A DNA stretch of 64,000 bases from contig OX337239.1 in assembly GCA_946965045.2 (NCBI GenBank), forward strand, positions 3,100,001 to 3,164,000, given 5' to 3'. This document shows positions 47,521 to 58,692 of the stretch, one piece after another; position 1 is the first letter of the stretch; the number at the start of each line of letters is the position of its first letter. The translations under genes and the position numbers were made by a program. This DNA comes from Epithemia pelagica. Its lineage: Eukaryota > Protista > Bacillariophyta. The notes under the pieces were generated by a model. That model searched no databases and was not told the origin of the DNA. It saw only the letters and a program-made list of their open reading frames with translations.

Positions 47521-48497
47521 CAACATTTATTAGTGCCCTTACAATTGCCTGTTTCAATGACTGGTGCGGAGTGGGGGAAGATGACTGAGTTGTCACAAGA
47601 TCACTTGTCCGTGACTGGTTGGGAAAGGTCGTCGATTCGGAAGAAGAGAAACGAGTAATTTGGGGGGGGGGAGGACTACACTTAGCTAAGGCAGAGATAT
47701 GATTGGTCGAAAACCTCCAAAACCTATGTCGTTCCTACTATATTACTTAGACAAACCTTTGAAAACCTCCAAGGTTTTGAAATATTTGACTATACATTAG
47801 ACTAGAGTGACGAAGTAAGACAAGGTTTCCTACCATTCAAATTAACGGAGTATCAGACTTAGGAATGGAGGGAATATAGAGGCAATTCATCATGCCGATC
47901 CATCGGCACCCAAAATGGATCGACAATGAGGGTGCCGATAGAGGGCCAAAATACTTCCTATCACTACGGCAAACAAAAAACAACAATCAAACAAATTTTG
48001 CAATGGTCATAAACAGGGGATTATTACATGCATGGAAAAAAGCTAGCGCTTAAAAAAAAAAAGCAGGTGAAGGCCTTAATGGCAGCAGCAATAGCGCGGC
48101 CAAGAGGTTGAGCAACCCATACGTTGGATGGACACCGCAGCCACTACCACAAGCGATCCGCAACAGCACAGAACGGAACAAAACACGTGTTCCCACCGGC
48201 TTTCCTTTAGTTTCGGACTTATTTGGAGAGAGAGGAGAGAGGAAAATGGGAGTCCAAAGCCAAAAGCGAGTTACAAACAGTAGAGCAATCCGCAGGAGAC
48301 CAGAGCATCAGTACAAGTCATCAACAGCTCACAGTTGAAAGAAGGCTGACGATGAGGACCGCCCCTTTGACCCAGCTTGAGACTGCCCTGTCTGCAAGAG
48401 AGAGGCAGCAGGCAAGTCCCAACCACATCGAAAACATCACGATCTTTGCCCTCGTAGTAGAAGCAATCGCAAAAACCAAAAAGTATGCACAAAGTAC

Positions 48498-51400
48498 ATG
48501 AAGAAACTGACGGACGTGTTTGCATCGAACCAACAACGCCAGTCTCCCCTCAAACAGAAGGAGGCCGTCCAGCAGCAAGCGATGTACACTTTCTTTGTCC
48601 CTTCTCCTGATAGGAAAAGGAAGGCAAGTGACAACGACTTGAAACCGAAAGCAAAGAAGCTGAAACCACCCCCACAGGAGCAGATGAATCTTCAACCACC
48701 ACCTCCACCACAAAATGGCGGCAGTACAAATGACCCAATTGTTTTGGATGATGCAGATATGGTTCCTGTTCAGGGTGCTCCAGAAATGGATGAATCCGAA
48801 ATGAACAGGAACCTCTCTGTGAATCAGATGGAAGTAAATGAGACCGAATCTCCTCCCACTGGTCCTCCCCTTGTTGCCTCGAATGTCGCGGCTGGAGTAA
48901 CAGATACAACGCTTCCACCAATGGCAATGCCAACAGGTTCCCTTCTTACCATCGTTGAAGGGAGCTTGAGTGGAGATGACAGTAAAAAAAAGAAAGGAAT
49001 TCCTGAACCCATCAGTATAGTTGCGGAGTTCATTTCAAAGATGTCGAAAGAGGATTTGGACTTGTGGTTTCCGCCCCATAGTGTCAAGTTTGTAATCCCC
49101 AATGACAAGAGCTACGGTAGACCACTCAACCCCCTCTACCATTCAGTCGAGGGTACGTCCCTTTATCATGTTCACTGGGAAGCCCATTTCCCCAATATCA
49201 AGATCCTTTGTCCGGATCCAACCTGCGACGGAGGGATGCTGAAACAAGATCGGACAAATTATTCCAAGAATAAGACTTTGATGCCCTTGTTTAATATGAG
49301 CGGACCGCCATCGTGGTGCATAGTGATGTCGTATGTTTGTCAGACATGTGGGAAGCGGTACAATGGCAATGATGGTCGTGTGCTTCTCACGTTACCCGAG
49401 TACGTGCGTAATGCATACCCCGTGGAGCCGAAGTATGCTGGAGCGGGCAACTGCCATCTCGACCTCGACTGCTGTCATGTTGTGCAAGAGAATATGGTAA
49501 CGTACGGAAACGGCGAACAGCTTGCGCGATTGATTGCGAGCCGAGGAAGTAAGGACTACCTCCGTCGGTTCGCTGAGTATGTCTCTTTCATGAGCCATTA
49601 CAATGCTCACAGCGACAACCCAGTCACCCCTGCAGAGTATCCCAGCTTTGAAGAGTTCATGCCAACCATGCCCCCAGCTGGTGATACGATTCGAGATCTG
49701 TTTGATGAAGCTTGCGCTTTGAACCTTACACCTTATGGGGTAAGCGATCATGATCGGTGTGTTCGCGAGATGCAATCAGTTGGAACCAACGCTTTCTTTG
49801 CCCAAGACCATGCAATGGAGATGGTCAAGAACTACACCAAGAAGCTTGGAGCGGCGGCCGCTTGGGATACAGCAACCGAAACCGGTGAAATTGCTTCGGT
49901 TGTATTGACAGGAGGCACTGGGGTGGCTGATATTGCGCATGCCGCCGAGCAATTGGCCCGTCGACCACATTTCAATCCGGTTGCCATGTACAGTGACACG
50001 TACCCCGCTAAGGATGCCTTCTGGAAGATCTTGTTCGGTGCGGTACTCACTGGGCGACTCGGTTTGTACCATTTTCAACAAAGGATCATCAAAACGCTTC
50101 GTCAGGGCCACATCGATTATCATAGAGCTTTGCGAGAACTCTGCCATTGCATCTATGAGTGGGAGCCCGAAACGTACCAGGCATTGGTACAGACTCTTCG
50201 TGCAGGAAATATGGGTCGAGACAAGAAACCATTGTCTGATCAAGATATCCTTGACATCGAAATGTCCAAGGATTTCCGTAAGAAGTATGGAAAGTTCCTC
50301 ATGAAGAATATCAGGCCCCCTGATGTCATTCGACAGAAGCTTGAAGAATGGTTCTGTAATTACAAGGTTGACTCTTCCGATCCCATCGAACGACCTGGTC
50401 GCGGACGCCCCGATCCCATTACAGGAAAGAAGCTTTTCACCGTCGATACCAAGACCGCCGTGGAAGAGCAGAAGAAGAATGCGGCACATATTCAGGACAT
50501 TGTGCCTGTTCAGGATATGTATCGCGTTATCCCACCCACGAAGACGACTCGTCATGGTTTGGCCGAGTACAGTTCGTTGCGATGTTAATCGAAACTCGAG
50601 GGGTTCCATGATCGCCTTGCTCACTTCGGTAATGTTGGAATGCGTTCTTCCTTGTGCGACAATGTCAACTTGTTAGGTACAACAATGTACAACACGAGAA
50701 TCCGTCATCGGCTTCGTATGGCTGCAACACCAGTCGATGAACGGCCGAATGTTCCAGCATATTGGGCCAATAATCCCACATTTTACAACCATTCCGAGCT
50801 CGGTTACATCAACGATCTCGCGAAGGAGTCCGGATATCCAACAATTCCTTTCGAGTATGCTCGTGAGTTGCCTGAAGACAACGGCGAGCGGTTCTTTTCA
50901 GAGTATTGGATTCAGGAGCGAGCAAGGCAGGCTGCTTTCCAATCGTCTCCCTTAAATGATCGTTGTTACTGTGATCAGTGTGGAAATAATCCGGTTCCTC
51001 TTGTTCATGACAAGAAGAAATCGCCATTGCTCCCAAACAAGAATGGTCCATCTTCGAAGGAAGCGGACAGTGTTTGGTCCTCCCCTCTTATCGCGACACC
51101 AGTCAAATCGAAGAACGAAGAGACGCCCTCATCTGTGGATGTCGTTACAAAGGCTGTGTTTGATTCCTCCAAGAAGGCATCACCATCCAGTTCCTCCAAA
51201 AAGGCATCGTCCACATCCAGTTGCAATGATTCGTCTCCAACTTTGGTTGACCTGTCTCCTGTTCCTCTATCGCCGCAAAAACTGTCTCCTGTGAAAGCTT
51301 CCCCTGATATTCCAGGTTGGAGTAACCAGCTTTACTGCGTGCCCGCCCAGATGGAGGGTAGTCATCCGCCGTTCCTTGTTCCTCGAGGTGGTAACCCGAT

Positions 51401-51593
51401 GTTTGGCGGACCAGTGCCTCAGTATCCACAAGCACAAGGATGGGGATGGGGAAATATTGCAGAAACGGCCCGTCCAAAGGCTCAGCATCAGGTATGCTGT
51501 CAGCCATTTCTTCAGTGGGCCTGTCGTCCCAACCGAAATGGCCGTCCACCTCATGACAAGAGTTGTCCGAAGTCGAGCAAAGCCAAAAAGTAG
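48498..51593 (+). pseudogene. Transposase-like gene interrupted by one in-frame TAA (50586-50588)
   Basis: Cys-rich N-part (CPDPTC, YVCQTC), then QDHAMEMVKNY, MYSDTYP, GRLGLYHFQQRI (the DxxH position) and, past the stop, SKLEGFH. The 48498 and 50640 ORFs share one frame. The layout resembles Mutator-like/DUF6729-associated transposases (recognised from memory, not searched). Confidence 0.6.
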
Positions 51594-51823
51594 GAAACTG
51601 GATTACGGCCGTCTCCGCGTTGTGTTTCATGCGGTGACTGTTTGCCATTTGCGATAGTAATACGAACGATAAAAGACAGAGTAGTGTTTGCCAACATGTT
51701 CTATCATGGTTACAGTCAAGTTTCAAACTTGCCCATTAGAAGAATAGCAGAATGGAGAGACTCGCTCATATCCATCGCTTAGGGAGCCGTGGGAAATGGC
51801 TGTCCACGTGCATATGGTGCTTC

Positions 51824-53140
51824 TCAGTGGTGACTCCCATAAGAAGAGCGGCGGTTGGAAGGAGCTGGTGTGGCTCCCCATCCACTACCACGAGGGGGAG
51901 CAGCGGAACCACGATGGGCCGTGTTGCTGTGAACCTGAGTCGTACCGGCTCGGGAGCCCGTTTCAATGTGAGTGGGAATAGTGGGTTCCCCACCTTCTTT
52001 GAGATCGGCCATCTTTTCCGTAGCCATGCTCGTCACCCAAGCTCCGTTGATAACCACGGCGTAATGCTTTACACCTTCAGCCACAACCAACGGTGGTTTG
52101 ATAAACGGTTTCGATGGTTGCGTTGGCTTCGCCGGCTCACATTCTTGCTGTGGGACAGGGGTGAGTGAAGCCGGTTCCTCAGCGTTTTTGTCTTCCGAGG
52201 AAAGCGCCTCATCCTCCATAATGGAATTCTTCTTGGGAGATTCATCCTTTTCGGCTTCCTCTTCAGAGGACTAGGACTCGTCGCCCCATACGCCTTCCTC
52301 GAGGAAGCCGTATTGGACGAGACGCTCTTCCGTCACTTCCCGGCTGATCGTTTCCTGTGCATCGTAGATCCAGTTTTGGACCACGGCAAAACCATGGAAC
52401 TTGTTCGGAAGAAACTTCTTTGGGTCATCCTTGCGGTGACCAGGAGGAAGAAGTACCACAATCGGCAAGACGGGGCTTTTGTGTAGAATGTTAATGGGCT
52501 CCGTCAAGCACACCCATTGATAAAAGGGTTGTAGTGTGTGCTGGATCACGTTGTTCACGTTCTGTAGGAGGTTCAAACGATCCGCAATCTTCTTTGCTCC
52601 ATGGTCGCGTAGGTTTTGGAGCTCCGGAATCATGGAGCCTCCGCCACGGTCCGCTTTGTAAAACCACAAGCAATTGTCCATTGCCAAAGCAAGCCCGAAG
52701 GCCGCTGAGCAAGTGCGTTTCACCATAGAGGGGAAGGAAATCGTTCGGGGAATATGGCGGTCAAGGATTTTGGCAAAAACCATGTTCTTGTCGGTTGATT
52801 CGCCATCGCCTCCCTGGGAATCATCGTCGTCGATCAGCGTCTCGGCAAGCTTCTGAGCTGGTTTCTTTTCTTCCTCTTTTGAGGAAAATGCCCCCGCCTT
52901 CAGTGCTTTGGATGCTTCTTCCTTCGACACTTTCCTGACGACGCCATCAAGGGAGCGGATTTCTACGAGTCTCACGGAGGAGCCTCCAGTGTCATCCGAA
53001 GCGTCGGACTCGCGTTTCTCAACACGGGTTTTCTTCTTTTTGGGAATCGCGTCGAGGGGCTCATCCTTTTGCCTGCCATCTTCCTTAGAAACGGCGGCAG
53101 CGGGAGGCCTTTTCGGAGCGGCTTTGCGTTCACGTGCCAT
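51824..53140 (-). pseudogene. Cargo ORF of unknown function, possibly papain-like fold; split by one in-frame TAG (52271-52273)
   Basis: ATG at 53140 (MARERKAAP). The 52271-53212 and 51824-52219 ORFs are in the same frame. Basic/acidic N-terminus, then TCSAAFGLALA ... FHGFAVVQNWIYD. Confidence 0.5.
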
Positions 53141-53950
53141 GGTCAAGTGAACACCAGTAGGATCCAATGGGAAACACCGGTGGGTATGGGAATGGTGGGA
53201 AGTTACTCGCAACGTTGGGTGCAGTGACTCAATTTGTGAACGAACTATGTGTGAGTGATTGCTTCCACTATTTTGTTGTGTGACAGTTCTGGTACTGGTT
53301 CACGTATCTAGGTACATACGTGATACTGGTAGGCTTTTCACGTTGAAATTAGCGATTTTCATGTAAACCTATTAGACCGGTTTGTGTCACGATTTTTATG
53401 GATGGGTTTGATTGGTTAATTTTCTATTCCTATCGTTTTTCTATCATTTTGTTGAGTGGTTCGTAATTTTTACTATAGTCTTAATTGTACTGATTCTATT
53501 CCTTGTGCGACGTGCTGTGGGTGGCTTTGGGTCGGGAGTGATTGGGAGTGAATCTTTCCCCCTTTCCCCCTCGCCTCTTCTTCTTTCTTTTCCCTTCCTC
53601 CCCCCCTCTTTCCCCCCTCCCTCTGCGCCTTTCCCCCCCCCCTAGCCCGGGGGGGAATTACAGTGAGTGCTCAGAACTGAACCCTGGATCTTCACCGCTG
53701 GGGATAAGTCCGAACCCATCCGCAATCACATGTTCCAAAAACGCCCACGATACTCCCAAGAAGGATGCGTGGTCTTCTTCATCGCGTTGATACGGTCACG
53801 ATTTGTCTCGTAACCCATCCATTTCGTCAAGATAGTCGTCGTGCTTCCAGTCCACACCCATCAACATCACAACGAAAGGAGCAGAGCAAACCTACGTGCG
53901 TCAAGACAGTGTCTCGATCCCCATAAATTCTGCAGTCATTGTTTAGAACC

Positions 53951-55168
53951 ATGACCACGACACTGAAAGAACAAGCATGGCAGTCGGGCCTTGTCCTGTT
54001 AGACGAGACACATGAATGGAATTTGGAGGACTGGCCTTCTCTTGAGGGAGAAGGGCGTTATCGTCATGCTTCGGTCGTACTGAATCATACTGATAACAAC
54101 CAAGAACAAACCGTCGTCGTGTTGGGTGGATATCGAACAGGTCAAGGCGAGCTAGATTCCATTCTTGTATTAAACTTGGCAGAATCAAACAAGCAGTGGC
54201 GCGAAGGGCCACGCATGAACCAGAAACGTGACGGACATGCCGCTGTTGTGTGCAATGGAGGCATTTACGTGATGGGAGGAGACAATGGAGGTTCAGATTT
54301 GAATTGCATGGAACGAATCGACGCCAATGATTTGCTTCGATCATCTTTGACAACCACCACCACGCATGAGAGCAGTTGGACGGCATTGACATGTCGCTTA
54401 TCAACGCATCGATTTGGATGTTGTGCTGTTGCGGTTCACAACCGATACATCGTTGTAATGGGTGGCCATAACAACGATGGTTATTTGTACGGCCATTACA
54501 ACGATGGTTATTTGTCGTCGGTGGATATTATAGATACAAACAACCACACTGTCACTGCGGGACAATCCATGACTGTTCCACGACAATTTTGTGCCAGTGC
54601 GGTCATTGGCCACCGCATTTTTGTCGTTGGGGGGCAAAACGATGATGGCCATCTTGACTCTGTGGAGTATTTGGACTTTGCAGAGGAGAGAAAAGATGAC
54701 ACTTTGTCTACAGTCATTCCCTTTTCGTCTAGTTGGATCACTCATTCGGAGTTGAGGCTTTCCGAACTTCGAGGTTCCTGTGCAATGGTTGCTGTGGGAT
54801 CGTGTCTGGTGGTGGCGGGTGGACAAGGCCATTCAACCGTGGAAGTCTTGGATACGCGCCGCAACCGCGTTTGGAATCTCCCACCATTCGGAAATCGCCG
54901 CGATGACTTCTGTATGGCGACTGTTGCCAATCAAGTTGCCGTGATAAGTGGTTTTGGCAGTCCTACCTGTGCGACATTACCACTACTTGACAAGCATACG
55001 TGGTGTTTTCAACGACTCTGTGAGCAGCAGCCCAACAGATGGTGTCTTTTTGGGGAAGGAATGAATATCCAACATGCTGATATTTCACCCTTCTCGACCT
55101 CGACATCAGCTCATAAACGCGCAAGGCCCAATACACGCCGTGGTGATGAAGGGAAGGATGGAACTTGA
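53951..55168 (+). CDS. Kelch-repeat protein, copy K9
   Basis: ATG at 53951; open; carries a 9-aa loop duplication (HNNDGYLYGHYNDGYL). Confidence 0.9.
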   Translation: MTTTLKEQAWQSGLVLLDETHEWNLEDWPSLEGEGRYRHASVVLNHTDNNQEQTVVVLGGYRTGQGELDSILVLNLAESNKQWREGPRMNQKRDGHAAVVCNGGIYVMGGDNGGSDLNCMERIDANDLLRSSLTTTTTHESSWTALTCRLSTHRFGCCAVAVHNRYIVVMGGHNNDGYLYGHYNDGYLSSVDIIDTNNHTVTAGQSMTVPRQFCASAVIGHRIFVVGGQNDDGHLDSVEYLDFAEERKDDTLSTVIPFSSSWITHSELRLSELRGSCAMVAVGSCLVVAGGQGHSTVEVLDTRRNRVWNLPPFGNRRDDFCMATVANQVAVISGFGSPTCATLPLLDKHTWCFQRLCEQQPNRWCLFGEGMNIQHADISPFSTSTSAHKRARPNTRRGDEGKDGT

Positions 55169-57040
55169 AATTTGCAACGTATTGCATGTATGTCCTAACA
55201 ATAGCGGAACTTTAGCATTATCATTTTACTCTCAAACAGTAGTTGGATTGTTTTCTTTATGACATTGCGGCCTATAGAGATATAATGTACACTGTTGTAC
55301 TAGTAGAAAACGAAAGTTACACTATCCTGCATTACACCGCAAACAGGAGTGGAGCCAGGCCTTGGATATAGATGCCCATGGTACCATGCCTCTCTGCTGG
55401 TGAATGAGTCGAGTTCTCTTGCTGTGGAAGATTATGGTTGCGTGCCTGAAACACTTTGGCGCAGTGACTCGTTTTGGACGGTCGTCTTCGTTCCGACCAT
55501 GCGTTCTTTCTATGGCCCATGCCTGCGTGAGAGGACAGTACCCCGTCTCTCGGTGCTTGTGGTTTCGGGTGACAGGACATTTGCGATTCCTTTGGAATTT
55601 GTGACACCGTCGTGTATTCGATATTTTCTCCAATTCGGCAATTTGCTTGCGTCGATCCTGCAATCAGTCTCTCCGTAGTGGCTCGTTGACAGTCCATGGG
55701 TATCGGTCCATGGGGATCCACAAGAAAAATCACAGTGCGCAAAGTTATGTCTTGCCCTTCAATACCAGTTCCGCCGAAACCATGTTGCACGATTGCGACA
55801 CTGTCGAACAGCAGTGTTGGACGTCGACCACTATACAACATTTGTGCCTCGTACAGCGCCAACAAAACCACGACCCGCGCCGATCATGTCTTGGCTGTCG
55901 TCTAACAGCAGTGTTGGACCTCGATCACTACCACAGTTGAGTCTCGTACCGAATCAGCAGTACCAACAACAAAACCACGACCACGAATGCCTCCGATCAT
56001 GTCTTGGCTGTAGTCTACTAGAACTTCTTGTTGTTCTTCTGCTTCGTTGGATTCTGGTTGGTTTTGCTGCCTTGTCGTTCCACACCAACAACCAGCTTGA
56101 ATCTTTGTATGTAGACTTGAAAGGGCGATGCGACCCTTTCCCACAATCAATTCTTCACTAGGGAGTCGAATTGCGTTCCTTACTTCGATCCGTAGTACTG
56201 GAGGAAGATTCTCGTTCCCGTCCTAGTGTTCTCCTTTTGTTGTTGTTTGTTACACTAGACCTCCTGTTGCGAATCGAAAACCAAGGGGCGATTTCTAGCT
56301 TGTTGCGATGAAAGTTGTCATTGAGAATGGTGTTCTTCTTTTGTCCAGTGTGACAGCGACAAATGCGGCTTGGTTGTTGTACTTTTGTTATGGGATTCCA
56401 TAGTGGTTTCTTTCCTGGCTTGCGCTGTTGCGGCGACACTTGATGCTGCGTTTCATCCACTGGACATTTGGTGATTGGCTGCAACGACCAAGACTTGGTA
56501 GTCGACGATACTGGACTGGAGGAGCACTTCCCACATACAAGTCCAACGCCAAGAGAGACACGTCTTCACACCGTCGTCAGATCGGTCCATGGAGATCCAC
56601 AATAACAGTTTGCAGAGTACAAAGTATAGCCACTTTCCCATGGCACTATCACGGAGGAAGGAAAAAAAGACCATGGCAGTGCTGCGGCATCCCCACCCAC
56701 CACCTCGTGTCCAAGTATGGCTTGCTGGATTGTCCATACGAGCAAGCAAACGGCAAACATCTGGATTCTAAATGACAGCACTTGTGGTGCATACATGAGT
56801 ATAACACTTTGGTCCTCCACTGTTTAAGTCCAGTGGAGGAGGACAATCTTTGTTACAAAAAGCACAATAGTGGCCGTATGGTGCTGATTGCTGATTTTGT
56901 CGTTTCAATGGATCTTAAAGCGATCCAAAGAAGACGAATGCAGGCGTCTGCTGTGAGCTAATGCAACACGGGAAGCGAGTCAGAATGGGATGAATGACAT
57001 GTTCCTTCTGGTCCATCATGTCGTCAGATTCTTGTGTTTG

Positions 57041-57066
57041 GTACTTGTACTTGTACTTGTACTTGT
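57041..57066 (+). repeat. (GTACTT)n microsatellite
   Basis: About four tandem hexamers; the K2 paralogous region has a single related unit. Confidence 0.8.
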
Positions 57067-57537
57067 GGCCTTGCTTCCTTCACTATATACCTGATGAGTG
57101 ATGCCCACTCACATCATTGGATCAAGAGAGGACCACTGTCTCACTCTGTTTTGTTGTTATTGATGTGAACAGTCCGTAGGCCCAAGGCAAGAATGGTGTT
57201 CCATAAATGGTGTTGGTCGAGATGACTCAGAAACTAGGGATATCTACCCAGTGGATGTTGGATTGTCGATCTGTTGGACCTCTTCGTCATAGGAGGACCT
57301 CTTCATCACAGATTGGGATGTCGATCTCTCTCCCTCTCGTCTCGTCGTATCTTAGAGCAAAAGATACTTTTCTTGGGGTCATGAAATCTATGTGCGATTG
57401 ATTGCCCTTCTTCATCGTACGCAGGACAGGCACAACTTTCCTGTCTCCACACATCACTCTCTCTCCTCTCCTCGCTGCGAAAGCTCAATTGCAAAGCTGT
57501 CATTTCTCGTCGACGTTGTTGTAAAGCGCCGTTGACC

Positions 57538-58692
57538 ATGACAACGACACTGAAAGAAGAAGCATGGCAGTCGGGCCTTGTCCTGTTAGACGATGAGACA
57601 GCTGAATGGAATTACCAGGACTGGCCTCCTCTTGAAGGTGAATGGCGTTCTCGTCATGCTTCGGTCGTGCTGAATCGTACCGATAACAACCAAGAACAAA
57701 CGGTCGTCGTGTTGGGCGGATATCAACCGGGGCTAGGCGAGCTAGATTCCATTCATGTATTAAACTTGGCAGAATCAAACAAGCAGTGGCGAGAAGGGCC
57801 GTCCATGGACAAGAAACGTGGGCATCATGCCGCTGTTGTGTGCAATGGCGGCGTCTACGTGATGGGAGGATACTCTGAAGGTTCATGTTTGAATTGTATC
57901 GAACGAATTGATGCCAATTATTTGCTGCAATCATCTTTGACAACCAGCATCACACACGAGATGAACTGGACGACATTGACATGTCGGTTATCAACGCCAC
58001 GATGGGGATGTGGTGCTGTCGCGGTTCACAACCGATACATCGTTGTAATGGGTGGCTACAACGGTCGTTATTTGTCGTCGGTGGATATTATTGATACCAG
58101 GAACCACACTGTCTCTGTGGGACCATCCATGAATGTTCCTCGATTTTGTTGTGCCAGTGCGGTCATTGGACACCGCATCTTTGTCGTTGGAGGTTGGAAC
58201 GAGCATGGTCGTGTTGACAAGGTGGAGTATTTGTACTATGCAACACCCTGTGACAGCGATGTGACAAAAAAGGAGATAGGCTTGACATTCATTTCTTTCT
58301 CACCCACCTGGACCACTCATTTGGAGTTGAGGCTTTCCAATGCACGAAGATCTTGTGCAGTGGTTGCCGTGGGATCTTGTCTGGTTGTTGCAGGGGGATG
58401 GGGCAATTCAACCGTGGAAGTCTTGGATACGAACCGCAACCGCATGTGGAATCTTCCGCTATTGGAAAATCCCCGAAATGGCTGCAATATGGTGACTGTT
58501 GCCAATCAAGTTGCCGTGGTTGGTGGATGGTTCAATCCTTCATGTGCAACATTACCACTAATGGATAGGAATTCGTGGTGTTTTCGTCGACTCTGTGAGC
58601 AGCCTCGGAACGAATGGTACGAGTTTCGGGATGGAATGGGTATCCGAAATAACCAAGGACCACGTGAAGCCCAACACATGTCATTACGATAG
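57538..58692 (+). CDS. Kelch-repeat protein, copy K10
   Basis: ATG at 57538; open six-blade paralog. Confidence 0.9.
   Translation: MTTTLKEEAWQSGLVLLDDETAEWNYQDWPPLEGEWRSRHASVVLNRTDNNQEQTVVVLGGYQPGLGELDSIHVLNLAESNKQWREGPSMDKKRGHHAAVVCNGGVYVMGGYSEGSCLNCIERIDANYLLQSSLTTSITHEMNWTTLTCRLSTPRWGCGAVAVHNRYIVVMGGYNGRYLSSVDIIDTRNHTVSVGPSMNVPRFCCASAVIGHRIFVVGGWNEHGRVDKVEYLYYATPCDSDVTKKEIGLTFISFSPTWTTHLELRLSNARRSCAVVAVGSCLVVAGGWGNSTVEVLDTNRNRMWNLPLLENPRNGCNMVTVANQVAVVGGWFNPSCATLPLMDRNSWCFRRLCEQPRNEWYEFRDGMGIRNNQGPREAQHMSLR

Larger units (their letters stand above)
47656..53660. mobile_element. Probable DNA transposon (Mutator-like DDE class) with cargo ORF; boundaries tentative
   Basis: Contains a transposase-like gene and a convergent ORF. 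The right end (C10-TAGCCC-G7-AATTA, 53633-53660) abuts the kelch upstream module. The left end TAATT-T-G10 (47656-47671) is only a partial inverted match. No TSD found. Confidence 0.5.
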
